A DNA stretch of 64,000 nt from Candidatus Poribacteria bacterium (GTDB taxonomy: Bacteria; Poribacteria; WGA-4E; WGA-3G): positions 832,001-896,000 of the forward strand of contig OZ251518.1 in the NCBI GenBank assembly GCA_965242965.1, given 5' to 3'. Positions 28,613-38,479 of the stretch are shown one piece after another. How positions within the stretch are numbered: position 1 is the stretch's first letter; each line of letters opens with the position of its first letter. A program made the translations under genes and the position numbers. The notes below the pieces were generated by a model. The model was given only the letters and a program-made list of their open reading frames with translations. It had not been told where the DNA came from and searched no databases.

Positions 28613-29926
28613 ATGAATCTCATTGAATGTGTCATTCTCGGTATTGCGAGTCTTCGGCGGAACCCGCTACGTTCCTGCCTTACCATCTTAGGCATTATCG
28701 TCGGTGTCGGCTCTGTTGTGAGTATGGTATCTGTCGGCGACGGTTCTAGCGCGATGGTATTGCGCGAGATTGAGCGGACCGGCGGCACGAAAATCATTGA
28801 AGTCGTGCGAGACGAATGGGACAAACAGGCCGGCACGCTCAGCCGCGCCGCCGGACGCGCCGTGCGCGGCAAAAGCCGCTGGCAAAGAAACCGGGCAGAA
28901 CACTTGGAAACCGACGATGCTTTCGCATTGCAGGACAGCGTGCGCGGGATTGTCAACGTCGTCGCTGAAGACGATATGCCAGGGTGGAGTGTGAACTATG
29001 CGGGCCGCAGCAAGGAATCACGCATCGTCGCCTCAACTGCCGGCTATGACAGATCGCACAACTGGTACCCCGAAAGTGGACGCTTCTTTACTGCAGAAGA
29101 AGTCGAATCGGCGAGTACCGTCGCTGTCATCGGCGTGAAAATTAAGGAAGAAGTGTTTTTGGGCGAAGACCCGGTGGGAAAGGAGATTAAGGCATCTCGT
29201 CAGTCTTCTTGGCGGCGTAGTGGCCGCTATGATGTCCGCTTGAAAGTCATCGGTGTCATGGAGGAGAAAGGCGATGCAATGGATACCTCTGGCTGGGATG
29301 ACAGGTTTATCATTCCGATAACCACACTTCAGCAGCGGTTTAAAGGCCGGCAGGATGTTGAACGCATCCGCATCGAAGCGATGGACATTGACACGATTCC
29401 GCTCGCTATCACTGATGCAAAGCGGGTTCTCGGACGACGGCATAATAACACCGGTGAAGAATATAACTACTGGACAGCCACAGAGGAACTCGCAACCGCT
29501 AACAAGGTGGGGGTTGTCATGAAACTGCTGATGGGCGGCATCGCGGGCATTGCCCTGCTTGTCGCGGGCATCGGTGTGATGAACATCATGCTCGTCTCTG
29601 TTACTGACCGGACTCGCGAGATAGGTTTGCGCAAGGCACTCGGCGCAACGCGTGGGGACATCTTGGCGCAATTCCTGATTGAGGCATCCGTGCTCACTCT
29701 CGCCGGTGGCATCCTCGGTGCAATTGCAGGTATTTTTATGGGACAGGGGACAGCCGCGCTCATCTCTAAATTCGTCTGGGAAGGGAGCGACTGGCCCTCG
29801 GTAGTCTCTTTTGGAACGATGCTCATCGCGCTGCTTGTTTCAGTGGCAATCGGTGTCTTCTTCGGGCTTTATCCCGCGAACAAGGCGGCGAAACTCACCC
29901 CGGTGGAGGCACTCCGTTCCGAGTAA
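28613..29926 (+). CDS. ABC transporter permease, MacB/FtsX family (second copy)
   Basis: RSCLTILGIIVGV, GIGVMNIMLVSVTDRTREIGLRKALGA. Confidence 0.93.
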   Translation: MNLIECVILGIASLRRNPLRSCLTILGIIVGVGSVVSMVSVGDGSSAMVLREIERTGGTKIIEVVRDEWDKQAGTLSRAAGRAVRGKSRWQRNRAEHLETDDAFALQDSVRGIVNVVAEDDMPGWSVNYAGRSKESRIVASTAGYDRSHNWYPESGRFFTAEEVESASTVAVIGVKIKEEVFLGEDPVGKEIKASRQSSWRRSGRYDVRLKVIGVMEEKGDAMDTSGWDDRFIIPITTLQQRFKGRQDVERIRIEAMDIDTIPLAITDAKRVLGRRHNNTGEEYNYWTATEELATANKVGVVMKLLMGGIAGIALLVAGIGVMNIMLVSVTDRTREIGLRKALGATRGDILAQFLIEASVLTLAGGILGAIAGIFMGQGTAALISKFVWEGSDWPSVVSFGTMLIALLVSVAIGVFFGLYPANKAAKLTPVEALRSE

Positions 29927-29999
29927 GAATCAATCAACCGGAGGTGCCGATTCGCATTCGCATTGGCACCTCCTATAACATACACAGGAGAAATTAACC

Positions 30000-31883
30000 G
30001 TGAAAAAAGTAATTATTAGCGTCGCTGTCCTCCTTGTCCTCGTCGTCGCAATCGGTTGGGCGGTGCTAGGACGTGGGAAAAACGGCGCGGCCCCGGGCAT
30101 GGAGAAGAAAATCGAAGTTGTTGAACGCGGCGACTTCCAAATGCGCATCAGCGCGACCGGCAACTTGGAACCCCTCCTCGACGTGGAAGTCAAGGCTCAA
30201 GTTGAAGGCGAAGTCATTAACCTCCACGTAGACGATGGCGATTATGTGGAGAAGGACCAGGTTTTGGTGGAGTTGGACCCGGAGCTCTATCAAGAGGAAC
30301 TCAAACAGGCGAGAGCGGATGTCAGTGCCGCCAAAGCACAACGCACCCAAGCAGAATTAAATATCGAACTCCGGAAAGAACGGCTTGAAAGCGAATTGAC
30401 GCAGGCGGAAGCCGCTGTCAAAATGGCGCAGGCGAATCTGGAGACGAGCCAGGCCACGACGATAACACAGATTAGCCAAACGGAGACTGATATTCAGACG
30501 ATGCGGAACGCGCTCGCTGAGGATAAGATTGAATTGGAACAGGCCAACATTGCCTTTGAACAGGCGGAGCTCGCGCTGGCTGAACAAGAATCTTCGCGGC
30601 AATCCGCCGAAGTGGATTTGAAAACGGCTGTCGCCGAATTGGAGCGGAACAAATCGCTCTATGAGAAGAACCTCGTCTCGAAAAAAGCGTTGGAAGACGC
30701 TGAATCGCGGCACGCAAACGCTGTCACGCAGCGAGAGAACGCGATGAAGCGGGTCGAATCGCAAAAGAAGACGGTTCTGTCGCGGGAGCGCACCATCTCT
30801 GCACGCCAATCCGCTATTAGCACGCGGGAAGCAACACTGGAACAGCAGCACATTAACCTAGAAAACCTCAAGAAAATGCGCGAGAAGGCGGAAGAAGAAG
30901 ACCGGCTGCAACTAGAGAACGCCGAAACCCGCTGGCAGGAACTGTCCCTGACTATCAACAACGAGAAATTGCTCACCGAGCAGTCTAAAGTCAGCGCGGA
31001 TGCCAACCTGCTTCGCCGGCAAAGTAGCCTGAAGAATCAGAATGAGCGACTCGAGTGGACCACGATTAAGGCACCGATGGCGGGAACCGTCACGCTCCTT
31101 GCAATTGAAGAGGGTGAGATTGTGACTTCCGGCCGTTCCGCCTTTTCGCAAAGCCCGCCGCTCATGACAATCGCTGATCTTTCCCGAATGGTAGTCAAAA
31201 CCTATATCAACGAGGTGGATATGGAACGCCTGCGTCTCAATCAGCGTGCCGAGATTAAGGTGGATGCCTACCAAGAAAAGAAATACGAGGGACGCGTCTA
31301 TGAAATCTCGCCGAGTGGACAGGAACAGGATAACATCATCTCTTTTGAGGTGATGATAGAGGTGGTAGGCTCCCCCGAAGAGCTGCGTCCAGGGATGAGT
31401 GCTGACGTGGACATTATCACTTACGAAGAGAAAAACGTCCTCTTGCTACCGCTTGATGCGCTGATAAAACAGCCCTCGGCGACGCTCACCGCGCAAGTTG
31501 ACGATATATCACCCTATAAGGCGGGGCAGCCGATTGAGGTGCAGACTATCAGCGAGAAAATCTTCCGCGGCACCATAGCGAACGTCGGTTCCGGTTCGGT
31601 GACAATTAGTCTGGATAGTTCGCAGCGCGGCATTCGCCCGGGCCCGACGACGCTTTCGTTGCTCGTCAAAGGGCAAAAGAAGGCAGATGGCGTGCGAGCC
31701 GACATCAAAATCTCGAAAGGGAAATCGGTTATGTTGGATAGTGGCGACGGCCCCGGCACAAGCACCCCCGTGGACGTTGGCATGCAAAACGAAACAAACG
31801 TGATTGTCAAAAGCGGGCTCTCCGCCGGTGACCGGGTTGTGTTACAACAGCGGAAGCCGCAGCGGGGTGGTTGGGGAAGATAG
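30000..31883 (+). CDS. MacA/HlyD-family periplasmic adaptor with long coiled coil
   Basis: N-terminal TM, ATGNLEP, TIKAPMAGTV, INEVDM, LRPGMSA. Confidence 0.9.
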   Translation: MKKVIISVAVLLVLVVAIGWAVLGRGKNGAAPGMEKKIEVVERGDFQMRISATGNLEPLLDVEVKAQVEGEVINLHVDDGDYVEKDQVLVELDPELYQEELKQARADVSAAKAQRTQAELNIELRKERLESELTQAEAAVKMAQANLETSQATTITQISQTETDIQTMRNALAEDKIELEQANIAFEQAELALAEQESSRQSAEVDLKTAVAELERNKSLYEKNLVSKKALEDAESRHANAVTQRENAMKRVESQKKTVLSRERTISARQSAISTREATLEQQHINLENLKKMREKAEEEDRLQLENAETRWQELSLTINNEKLLTEQSKVSADANLLRRQSSLKNQNERLEWTTIKAPMAGTVTLLAIEEGEIVTSGRSAFSQSPPLMTIADLSRMVVKTYINEVDMERLRLNQRAEIKVDAYQEKKYEGRVYEISPSGQEQDNIISFEVMIEVVGSPEELRPGMSADVDIITYEEKNVLLLPLDALIKQPSATLTAQVDDISPYKAGQPIEVQTISEKIFRGTIANVGSGSVTISLDSSQRGIRPGPTTLSLLVKGQKKADGVRADIKISKGKSVMLDSGDGPGTSTPVDVGMQNETNVIVKSGLSAGDRVVLQQRKPQRGGWGR

Positions 31884-31931
31884 GAGAATGTGAGGAATGT
31901 GAGGGCGGATGCTGTATCCGCCCTTACGCTT

Positions 31932-32726
31932 TTACAAATAAATCACTTGTCCATCATACGCGAGCGTCGCATTATCGGGCAGTTCAATCTGCTGTTCCGC
32001 GCACTGCTCTGGGAAATACCGATGATCGAGTCGGTGCATGATGTGCGTAAAATAGGTGGCTTTCGGCTGCAGTGCCTCGCTAATTTCCAACGCCTGTCCT
32101 ACGGACAAATGCGTCGGATGTCTCGGATTGAAACTCAGCGCGTCGATAACCAGCACCTCAATTCCTTCCAGCAGTGCCTGCGAAGTTGCCGGCAACTGTT
32201 TGACATCCGGCAGGTAGCCGAAGTCGTCAATCCGGTATCCGTATGTCTCCATGTTGCCGTGTTCGACAGGAATCGGCGTGATGTCAAAACCGAACAGTTG
32301 AAACCGCTTGCTGACAACGTTCGGCAGGAGATGCCCGACACCGCCGCCTTGGAACGTCTCTTTGGTGAACATATAGTCAAAGTTGCGTTGCAAGACGCGA
32401 ATCGTCTGCGCGGGCGCGTAGATAGGCATGTCCATCTGCTGTTTGCGGCACGGCATGACGATGTCGTTGGTGCCGCTGACGTGGTCCGCGTGGCAATGCG
32501 TGAAAATCACCGCGTCTATCCATTCAATCCGATTCCGAACAATTTGATCCATGAAGTTCGGCCCCAGGTCGAACTGCAGATTTTTTCCGTCCTTTTCAAT
32601 ATGGATAGACGAACGGGTGCGATAGTTTTTAGAGCCGAACTGCATCGCGTCTTGGCACGTTTCGCAATCACATTTATACTCCGGCACGCCGGTTGAGGTG
32701 CCTGAACCTAAAATCGTAATTTTCAT
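31932..32726 (-). CDS. MBL-fold metallo-hydrolase (PhnP-like)
   Basis: LGSGTSTGVP..CDCETC, THCHADH, HPTHL, AYDG. Confidence 0.9.
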   Translation of the reverse strand: MKITILGSGTSTGVPEYKCDCETCQDAMQFGSKNYRTRSSIHIEKDGKNLQFDLGPNFMDQIVRNRIEWIDAVIFTHCHADHVSGTNDIVMPCRKQQMDMPIYAPAQTIRVLQRNFDYMFTKETFQGGGVGHLLPNVVSKRFQLFGFDITPIPVEHGNMETYGYRIDDFGYLPDVKQLPATSQALLEGIEVLVIDALSFNPRHPTHLSVGQALEISEALQPKATYFTHIMHRLDHRYFPEQCAEQQIELPDNATLAYDGQVIYL

Positions 32727-32758
32727 TTTCTATCTCCACCTGTTTTGACAAAAAACCT

Positions 32759-33568
32759 ATGCGAAAATTAACACCCTCCGAATGCCGGAGCCTCGCGAAG
32801 CACCTCGGCGATACGCCAATGACAGTCATCACCGCGGCCCGATTACAACAAGGGATGTGCCGCGCTTATGCATCGGGAGCGGGAGGTTTATCCGATGATG
32901 CATCGAGACCAGGAGGGCTCGCCTACGGGGATGCGCCTATCGCCGCGCTTGTCTTTGACGAATTTTGTCCGGAAGAACCCATCGGTTTCGGGATGGATGC
33001 CGATGCGCTGTGGACGTTGCTCAAACCGCAGGACGGTTGGAGTTGCATTAACGTTAACGCCGAATGCGCCGAACCCCTCGGTCAGCGCATCGCAGCGGAA
33101 CTGGGACAAACTGTCCGTTACTACGGCGATGTCTGTCACGCGCTCTTAGAACCTGTCGTCGTGTATCCCAACGCCTCTGTTCGCCTTTTGACAGCGGCGG
33201 ATGTGCCTCTGCTGTCCGATGCCCCTCAAGCAGTGCAGGGTAACGGTTACAAAATCGCCACGGACATGGTAACAGAAGGCATCGCCGCCGCTGCTATCGT
33301 TGAAGGAAAAATCGTCGCGATTGCACACGTCTATGCCGAGACAGATTTGCACGCCGACATCGGCGTATCCACGTTGGCGGAATGGCGCGGAAACGGATTT
33401 GCCACCGCCGCGGCCGCTCTCGTTGCATCGCGGCTTCAAGCGCGCGGCAAAGTCCCGGCTTGGAGTTGCGGGGAGGATAATGCAGCATCGCTACGGGTGG
33501 CACAAAAATTGGGTTTTACGGAAATCGAGCGGCGCACCTACGTTATCCCTGAATCCGCCAGCGAGTAA
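32759..33568 (+). CDS. GNAT acetyltransferase with an in-frame family C REP insert
   Basis: DIGVSTLAEWRGNGFAT, NAASLRVAQKLGF. Confidence 0.85.
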   Translation: MRKLTPSECRSLAKHLGDTPMTVITAARLQQGMCRAYASGAGGLSDDASRPGGLAYGDAPIAALVFDEFCPEEPIGFGMDADALWTLLKPQDGWSCINVNAECAEPLGQRIAAELGQTVRYYGDVCHALLEPVVVYPNASVRLLTAADVPLLSDAPQAVQGNGYKIATDMVTEGIAAAAIVEGKIVAIAHVYAETDLHADIGVSTLAEWRGNGFATAAAALVASRLQARGKVPAWSCGEDNAASLRVAQKLGFTEIERRTYVIPESASE

Positions 33569-33582
33569 GAGCGGATATCTCG

Positions 33583-34842
33583 CTAACCTAACGCTGCATC
33601 AACCTTATTAATCGCCGCCGCCATTAATCGCGCGTGTTCCTCCTGCATATTGACGTTGAACCCGAACCGCAGCGCGCGGCCGAGGATGGACAGCGTCATC
33701 GGGCACATATCCGGTGAATACGCAACATCGCCGGTATAACTCGGGTCGTTCCATGGATACCCTGAAGGGTGCGGCGAATGTTTAAACAAAATGGAATCCC
33801 AGTAGGCATAGATATGCCTGTCGGGAAAACCAGCGTTGTAAGCGGTTCCGGCGTTAAGTCCTTCCGCCTTGAGAGCCTCGGTATATTTTCGGGCAAGTTC
33901 CTTATCGCCGACAATAATCGCCGCGCTGATGCCACACTCGCCGCTCGGGTCATCGACGTGTTGGCGGCTGTAGCCTTCCGGTTTTTCGGCGAGTTCGGCG
34001 AGAAACGCCTTCTTGAGCCGCCGTGTATGCCCGAGGATATCGCCTAACTTCGACAATTGGACGCGCGCGAGTGCTCCCAGTATTTCACTCGGCCGGTAGC
34101 ATTGGCACGAGAAGGGTTTGTTCTGCCATTCGGCATCGCTCATCCACATCGGCAGTCCGGGTTCCGCTGCGAACGCGGCGCGTTCATAAACGTCGTAATC
34201 GTTGCTGAAAACGAGGCCGCCTTCTCCGCAGGAGATGACCTTGTAGTAGTTGAGGCTCCATGCGCCGGCATCGCCCCAGGTGCCGGCGAACTTGCCTTTA
34301 TATTGCGCGCCGACGGCTTGGCAGCAATCTTCCACAACCTTGAGCTTGTGTTTCCGCGCGAGTTCAACAATTACTTCAAGTCTGCACGGCACGCCTTGCA
34401 TGTGCACCGGTAGAATCGCCTTAGTATGCGGCGTAATTTTCCGTTCCACATCTGCCGGGTCCAACCCGAGTGAATCGTCAATTTCGGCTATCACCGGAAT
34501 CGCGCCGACACCGACGATGGCGGCCGCCGTTGCGATGAACGTATAACCGGGTAAAATGACTTCATCTCCGGGTCCGACACCAATGCCGGTGAGGGCACAA
34601 ACGAGTGCAGATGTGCCAGAGTTTACCATCAAGGCGTGCTTCACGCCGAGTTTTGCGGCGGCTTCCGTTTCAAAACCTTTCACTTGTGAATCTTCAACGA
34701 ACCGGAAGAGTTTCCCGCTCCGTAAGACTTCGGTGACTGCGTTGATTTCCCGTTCGTCTATCACGCTGGGTCCGTGCATGCCGCCCGGTATTGGTTCGGT
34801 GATAACGGGTGTTCCTCCATCTATCGCTAAACGCGCTGGCAT
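33583..34842 (-). CDS. DegT/DnrJ/EryC1/StrS aminotransferase
   Basis: VNSGTSAL, GPGDEVI, VEDCCQA, SLNYYKVISCGEGG. Confidence 0.92.
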   Translation of the reverse strand: MPARLAIDGGTPVITEPIPGGMHGPSVIDEREINAVTEVLRSGKLFRFVEDSQVKGFETEAAAKLGVKHALMVNSGTSALVCALTGIGVGPGDEVILPGYTFIATAAAIVGVGAIPVIAEIDDSLGLDPADVERKITPHTKAILPVHMQGVPCRLEVIVELARKHKLKVVEDCCQAVGAQYKGKFAGTWGDAGAWSLNYYKVISCGEGGLVFSNDYDVYERAAFAAEPGLPMWMSDAEWQNKPFSCQCYRPSEILGALARVQLSKLGDILGHTRRLKKAFLAELAEKPEGYSRQHVDDPSGECGISAAIIVGDKELARKYTEALKAEGLNAGTAYNAGFPDRHIYAYWDSILFKHSPHPSGYPWNDPSYTGDVAYSPDMCPMTLSILGRALRFGFNVNMQEEHARLMAAAINKVDAALG

Positions 34843-34908
34843 TTTTGTTCCTCCTGAATTTTTCTGTGCGGTGTTTCCAGTGCCCTACATTTATCCTCTT
34901 GTGGTTAC

Positions 34909-34985
34909 ATATTATCAGATACATGTTGTTTTGTCAATAGATATTGTCAGAAAAATTTGACAATTATGTTGCAACATGCTATAAT
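34909..34985. promoter_or_regulatory. Divergent sigma70 promoters with a palindromic operator candidate
   Basis: Plus strand TTGACA(34957)-17-TATAAT with ATGTTGCAACAT in the spacer; minus strand TTGACA(34937)-17-TAATAT. Confidence 0.65.
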
Positions 34986-35045
34986 AGAATTAGAATCTGA
35001 TTAAACTGGGCGGCAAGCTGTGCCCGGTGAAAGAAACGAGGGAAC

Positions 35046-35591
35046 ATGTCTAAACAAGATATGCTCAAACTTACCTTGGGGCAAATTGTCCTCGGCGGTG
35101 TGGTTGGGCTCATCAGCGGTGGGCTGTGCCTTCTCCTTTTTGAAGGCGTGATTTGGGGGCAGCTCATCGGCGAGCGCGTGACAGATGGGTTTTGGGTAGG
35201 TTTACTCCTGCTCATCTCACTAGGTATTACTTACGGCGTGATGATAGCGGGTGCGAGCGAAGCGGTGCGCTTTGTCAGCAGGAAATTCGGTGCCGAGATT
35301 CCGTTTAAACCGGTGTTCTCTGGTGCGCTACTCGGTCCGCCCGCGATAGTCGGTTTGCAAGCCTTGTTGGATGTCCCGTGGGAGATTTTCGGTGCGCCGA
35401 ATGTTCTTCTGGCGGTGCTTCTTCCAGTGCTGAAAGTATTGGCGTTTGTCGTCTCCTTACCGATGCGCGTATGGCTGCTGAATCTCCAATGGCCTATTGA
35501 GATTTGGTATATTCTTGCCGTGCCGCTCGGCGCGATATTAGGTTACAGATTACCGGCGGTGCAACGTGAACCGCGCGCTGAACCTGTCTAA
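35046..35591 (+). CDS. Hypothetical integral membrane protein
   Basis: 4-5 hydrophobic helices; directly upstream of purF. Confidence 0.7.
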   Translation: MSKQDMLKLTLGQIVLGGVVGLISGGLCLLLFEGVIWGQLIGERVTDGFWVGLLLLISLGITYGVMIAGASEAVRFVSRKFGAEIPFKPVFSGALLGPPAIVGLQALLDVPWEIFGAPNVLLAVLLPVLKVLAFVVSLPMRVWLLNLQWPIEIWYILAVPLGAILGYRLPAVQREPRAEPV

Positions 35592-35603
35592 TTGAGCTAA
35601 ATT

Positions 35604-36983
35604 ATGCGATACGATGATGATAAAGCGAAGGACGAATGCGGTGTGTTCGGTATTTTCGGGCATCCGCGTGCTGTAGAATTAACCTATTTAGGGTTGCGTG
35701 CCTTGCAGCACCGTGGGCAAGAGAGCAGCGGCATTGTCGCTTCAGATGGTGAACGTCTCACGTCTCACCACGGCATGGGGCTTGTCGCCGCGGTTTTCGA
35801 TGCGGATGCCCTCGCGAATCTCCAAGGGGATATTGCGATAGGGCATAACCGGTATTCAACCGCTGGGGAGAGCACTCTTGACAATGCGCAGCCCCTCGTG
35901 CGAAATTATCGGCACGGCCCGCTCGCGCTTGGGCACAACGGCACGCTTGTGAATGCACGGCGGCTCCGCGACGAGTTAGAGCGCGCGGGTTCTATCTTCA
36001 GCACGACGCTGGACACAGAGGTTGTTTTTCATCTCATCGCGCGTTCCCGACTTCCGCTGCTGCCAGAACGGATAGTTGAGGCACTTCGCGCCGTGCAAGG
36101 TGCGTATTCGTTCGTGATGATGAACCAAAACATGCTGATGGGTGCCCGCGACCCGCACGGATTTCGGCCTTTGTGGATTGGGCAACTCGGCGATGCGTAT
36201 GTGCTGGCATCCGAAACGTGCGCGCTGGACGTTATCGAGGCAACGCCGATTCGGGAGGTTGAACCGGGCGAGTTGGTTGTTGTGCGCCCAAACCAGAGCG
36301 GCATAGAATCCATTCAGTTCCAACCGAAACAGGCAGAATTATCGCAGTGCATCTTTGAATATATCTATCTTGCACGTCCAGACAGCCTGATGTTCGGACA
36401 GAGCGTGAACAGCACGCGTCGTGAATTCGGCAGGCAGCTCGCCCGCGAGCATCCAATGAAGGCGGATGTCGTTATCCCTGTCCCTGATTCAGCGACGATT
36501 TCTGCGCTCGGCTACGCGGAGGAATCGGGCATCCCGTTTGATTTGGGGCTTTCGCGAAACGCCTTTGTCGGCCGCTCTTTCATGAACCCTGCGCAGACTA
36601 TCCGCGAACTCATGGTGAAGGTAAAACTCAACCCTATCCGCGATGTGCTAGAGGGCAAACGGGTTATCGTCGTTGACGATTCTATCATGCGTGGGACAAA
36701 CGGCAGGAAACTGGTGAAAATCGTCCGGCAGGGCGGCGCGACCGCGGTGCATTTGCGTATCGCCTCCCCACCGAATAAATTTTCGTGTTTCTACGGCGTG
36801 GATACGCCTACGCGCAGCGAACTCATCGCGAGTTCTCACACGGTTGAGGAGATTCGGAAATACATCCGCGCCGATAGCCTCGGGTATCTGGGGATTGAAG
36901 GGATGCTCAAGGCGATGAACGCGCCGCAGGATTTTTGCACCGCCTGTTTTGATGGGAACTATCCGGTTCCGTTTGAGGAGTAA
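35604..36983 (+). CDS. purF: Amidophosphoribosyltransferase
   Basis: ECGVFG, QHRGQE, GHNRYST, VVDDSIMRG, YGVDTP, CTACF. Confidence 0.97.
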   Translation: MRYDDDKAKDECGVFGIFGHPRAVELTYLGLRALQHRGQESSGIVASDGERLTSHHGMGLVAAVFDADALANLQGDIAIGHNRYSTAGESTLDNAQPLVRNYRHGPLALGHNGTLVNARRLRDELERAGSIFSTTLDTEVVFHLIARSRLPLLPERIVEALRAVQGAYSFVMMNQNMLMGARDPHGFRPLWIGQLGDAYVLASETCALDVIEATPIREVEPGELVVVRPNQSGIESIQFQPKQAELSQCIFEYIYLARPDSLMFGQSVNSTRREFGRQLAREHPMKADVVIPVPDSATISALGYAEESGIPFDLGLSRNAFVGRSFMNPAQTIRELMVKVKLNPIRDVLEGKRVIVVDDSIMRGTNGRKLVKIVRQGGATAVHLRIASPPNKFSCFYGVDTPTRSELIASSHTVEEIRKYIRADSLGYLGIEGMLKAMNAPQDFCTACFDGNYPVPFEE

Positions 36984-37078
36984 CGTTCGCGCGGGATATA
37001 AAAACGGTAGTTGTCCCTTTTCATGCCACGGGCGAAAATTGAAAACGGAATAGTCCTGGGCGTTTACCGCAAAAAAAC

Positions 37079-37107
37079 TTGACAGTCACCGTGCGTTGTG
37101 ATATTCT
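37079..37107 (+). promoter_or_regulatory. sigma70 promoter for rpn (probably leaderless mRNA)
   Basis: TTGACA-17-TATTCT with TG; ATG at 37114 lies 7 nt downstream and has no SD. Confidence 0.6.
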
Positions 37108-37113
37108 ATGTGT

Positions 37114-38109
37114 ATGGAAAATCACACTCAGACACCCTTTGACTGGAACAATTTGCCCGCGCACCGTTATGATGTCGCAGCGAAGCATGCGGCGCGGGCT
37201 TTTCCAAACGACATGCTGCGCCTGCTACTCGGCACAGTCGATTTTGAATTCATTGAACATCTGGATATAGAATTCCCGGTGATGAATGTCCGACGCATGG
37301 ATAGCCTCACGAAAATCTCCTTGGAAGGAGAACTGACGCTCATCCACCGCGAATATCAGCTGCACGATAGTTATCCCATCCCGATTGAACGCCGCATTGC
37401 CGGCTACCGCGGGAGAGGCGCAGAGAACAACGAACTTCCTATTCGTTCGTATGTTATCTATTTTCACCCAGCTGCCGGACGTAGGGACCCGGGAGGCTTT
37501 TTCCGAAATGCCGACGTGCCGGGACAACGGTTCATTTCAGAATACGAAGTGATTCGGATTCCTGAACTAGCAGGCGGTCCGCTGCTGGAAACGCGCCCGC
37601 CCGGTTTGATGCCGTTTCTGCCGCTGATGCAACCACCGGCGGGTGTGGACAGTCTCGCGTGGCTTCGGCAATGTGTTGAGACGACGCGGCAGCTGCCGCT
37701 AGACACAGCGAATATCGACAACCTATTGATGTCAACGGGGATATTTGGCAATTTAGCCTACGACGAGGAGACAATCTATTCAATTATTTCGGAGGAAGAC
37801 ATGAGAAATTCATCGATTTTCCAACGCCTCATGGAGCAGCCGTTGACAGAGGCACGCCAAGAGGCACGCCAAGAAGGGATAGAACACGGCTTTGAACGCG
37901 GCGAGCAAAAAAGAGCCGTTGATGCCCTCATGGCTGTCTTGGATGTCCGCTTCCAAGACTATGATGTGCAAATCTTAAAGCCCACGTTTGAGGCGATCAC
38001 CGATTTGCAACACCTTGAGCAACTGTTACGCACCGCCGTACAAGCATCAACCATCGATGACATAACCCGAACGCTGGTGCTCCACCGAAACAACGGGACT
38101 AATACATGA
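37114..38109 (+). CDS. Rpn-family (recombination-promoting nuclease / YhgA-like) PD-(D/E)xK protein
   Basis: YDVAAK, RRMDSL...IHREYQ, LMPFLPLM, C-terminal EARQ/EGIE repeats and LEQLLRTA. Confidence 0.8.
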   Translation: MENHTQTPFDWNNLPAHRYDVAAKHAARAFPNDMLRLLLGTVDFEFIEHLDIEFPVMNVRRMDSLTKISLEGELTLIHREYQLHDSYPIPIERRIAGYRGRGAENNELPIRSYVIYFHPAAGRRDPGGFFRNADVPGQRFISEYEVIRIPELAGGPLLETRPPGLMPFLPLMQPPAGVDSLAWLRQCVETTRQLPLDTANIDNLLMSTGIFGNLAYDEETIYSIISEEDMRNSSIFQRLMEQPLTEARQEARQEGIEHGFERGEQKRAVDALMAVLDVRFQDYDVQILKPTFEAITDLQHLEQLLRTAVQASTIDDITRTLVLHRNNGTNT

Positions 38110-38408
38110 GAAATTCATCGATTTTCCAACGCCTCATGGAGCAGCCGTTGACAGAGGCACGCCAAGAGGGGATAGAACGCGGCATTGAACTCGGCTTTGA
38201 ACACGGTGAGAGGAAAAATGCCGTTGATGCCCTCATGGTTGTCTTGGATGTCCGCTTCCAAGACTATGATGTGCAAATCTTAAAGCCCACGTTTGAGGCG
38301 ATCACCGATTTGCAACACCTTGAGCAATTGTTGCGCACCGCCGCACAAGCGTCAACCATCGATGACATAACCCGGACGCTGGTGCCCCACCGAAACAACG
38401 GGACCTAA
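38106..38408 (+). CDS. Stand-alone duplicate of the Rpn C-terminal module (RpnS-like)
   Basis: Near-identical to 37801-38100; ATGA overlap with the rpn stop. Confidence 0.75.
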   Translation: MRNSSIFQRLMEQPLTEARQEGIERGIELGFEHGERKNAVDALMVVLDVRFQDYDVQILKPTFEAITDLQHLEQLLRTAAQASTIDDITRTLVPHRNNGT

Positions 38409-38479
38409 TTAGGCGTGCCCGGTTGAAAACCGCGCCTACGGGGCTCGGTGCCCCCTGCGTTAGTTCCAAGGAGATTTCA

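Noticed and set aside
37801-38408. Diversity-generating retroelement TR/VR pair
   Set aside because: Differences include several C/T changes and repeat-unit shuffling rather than adenine-specific changes, and no reverse transcriptase is present.
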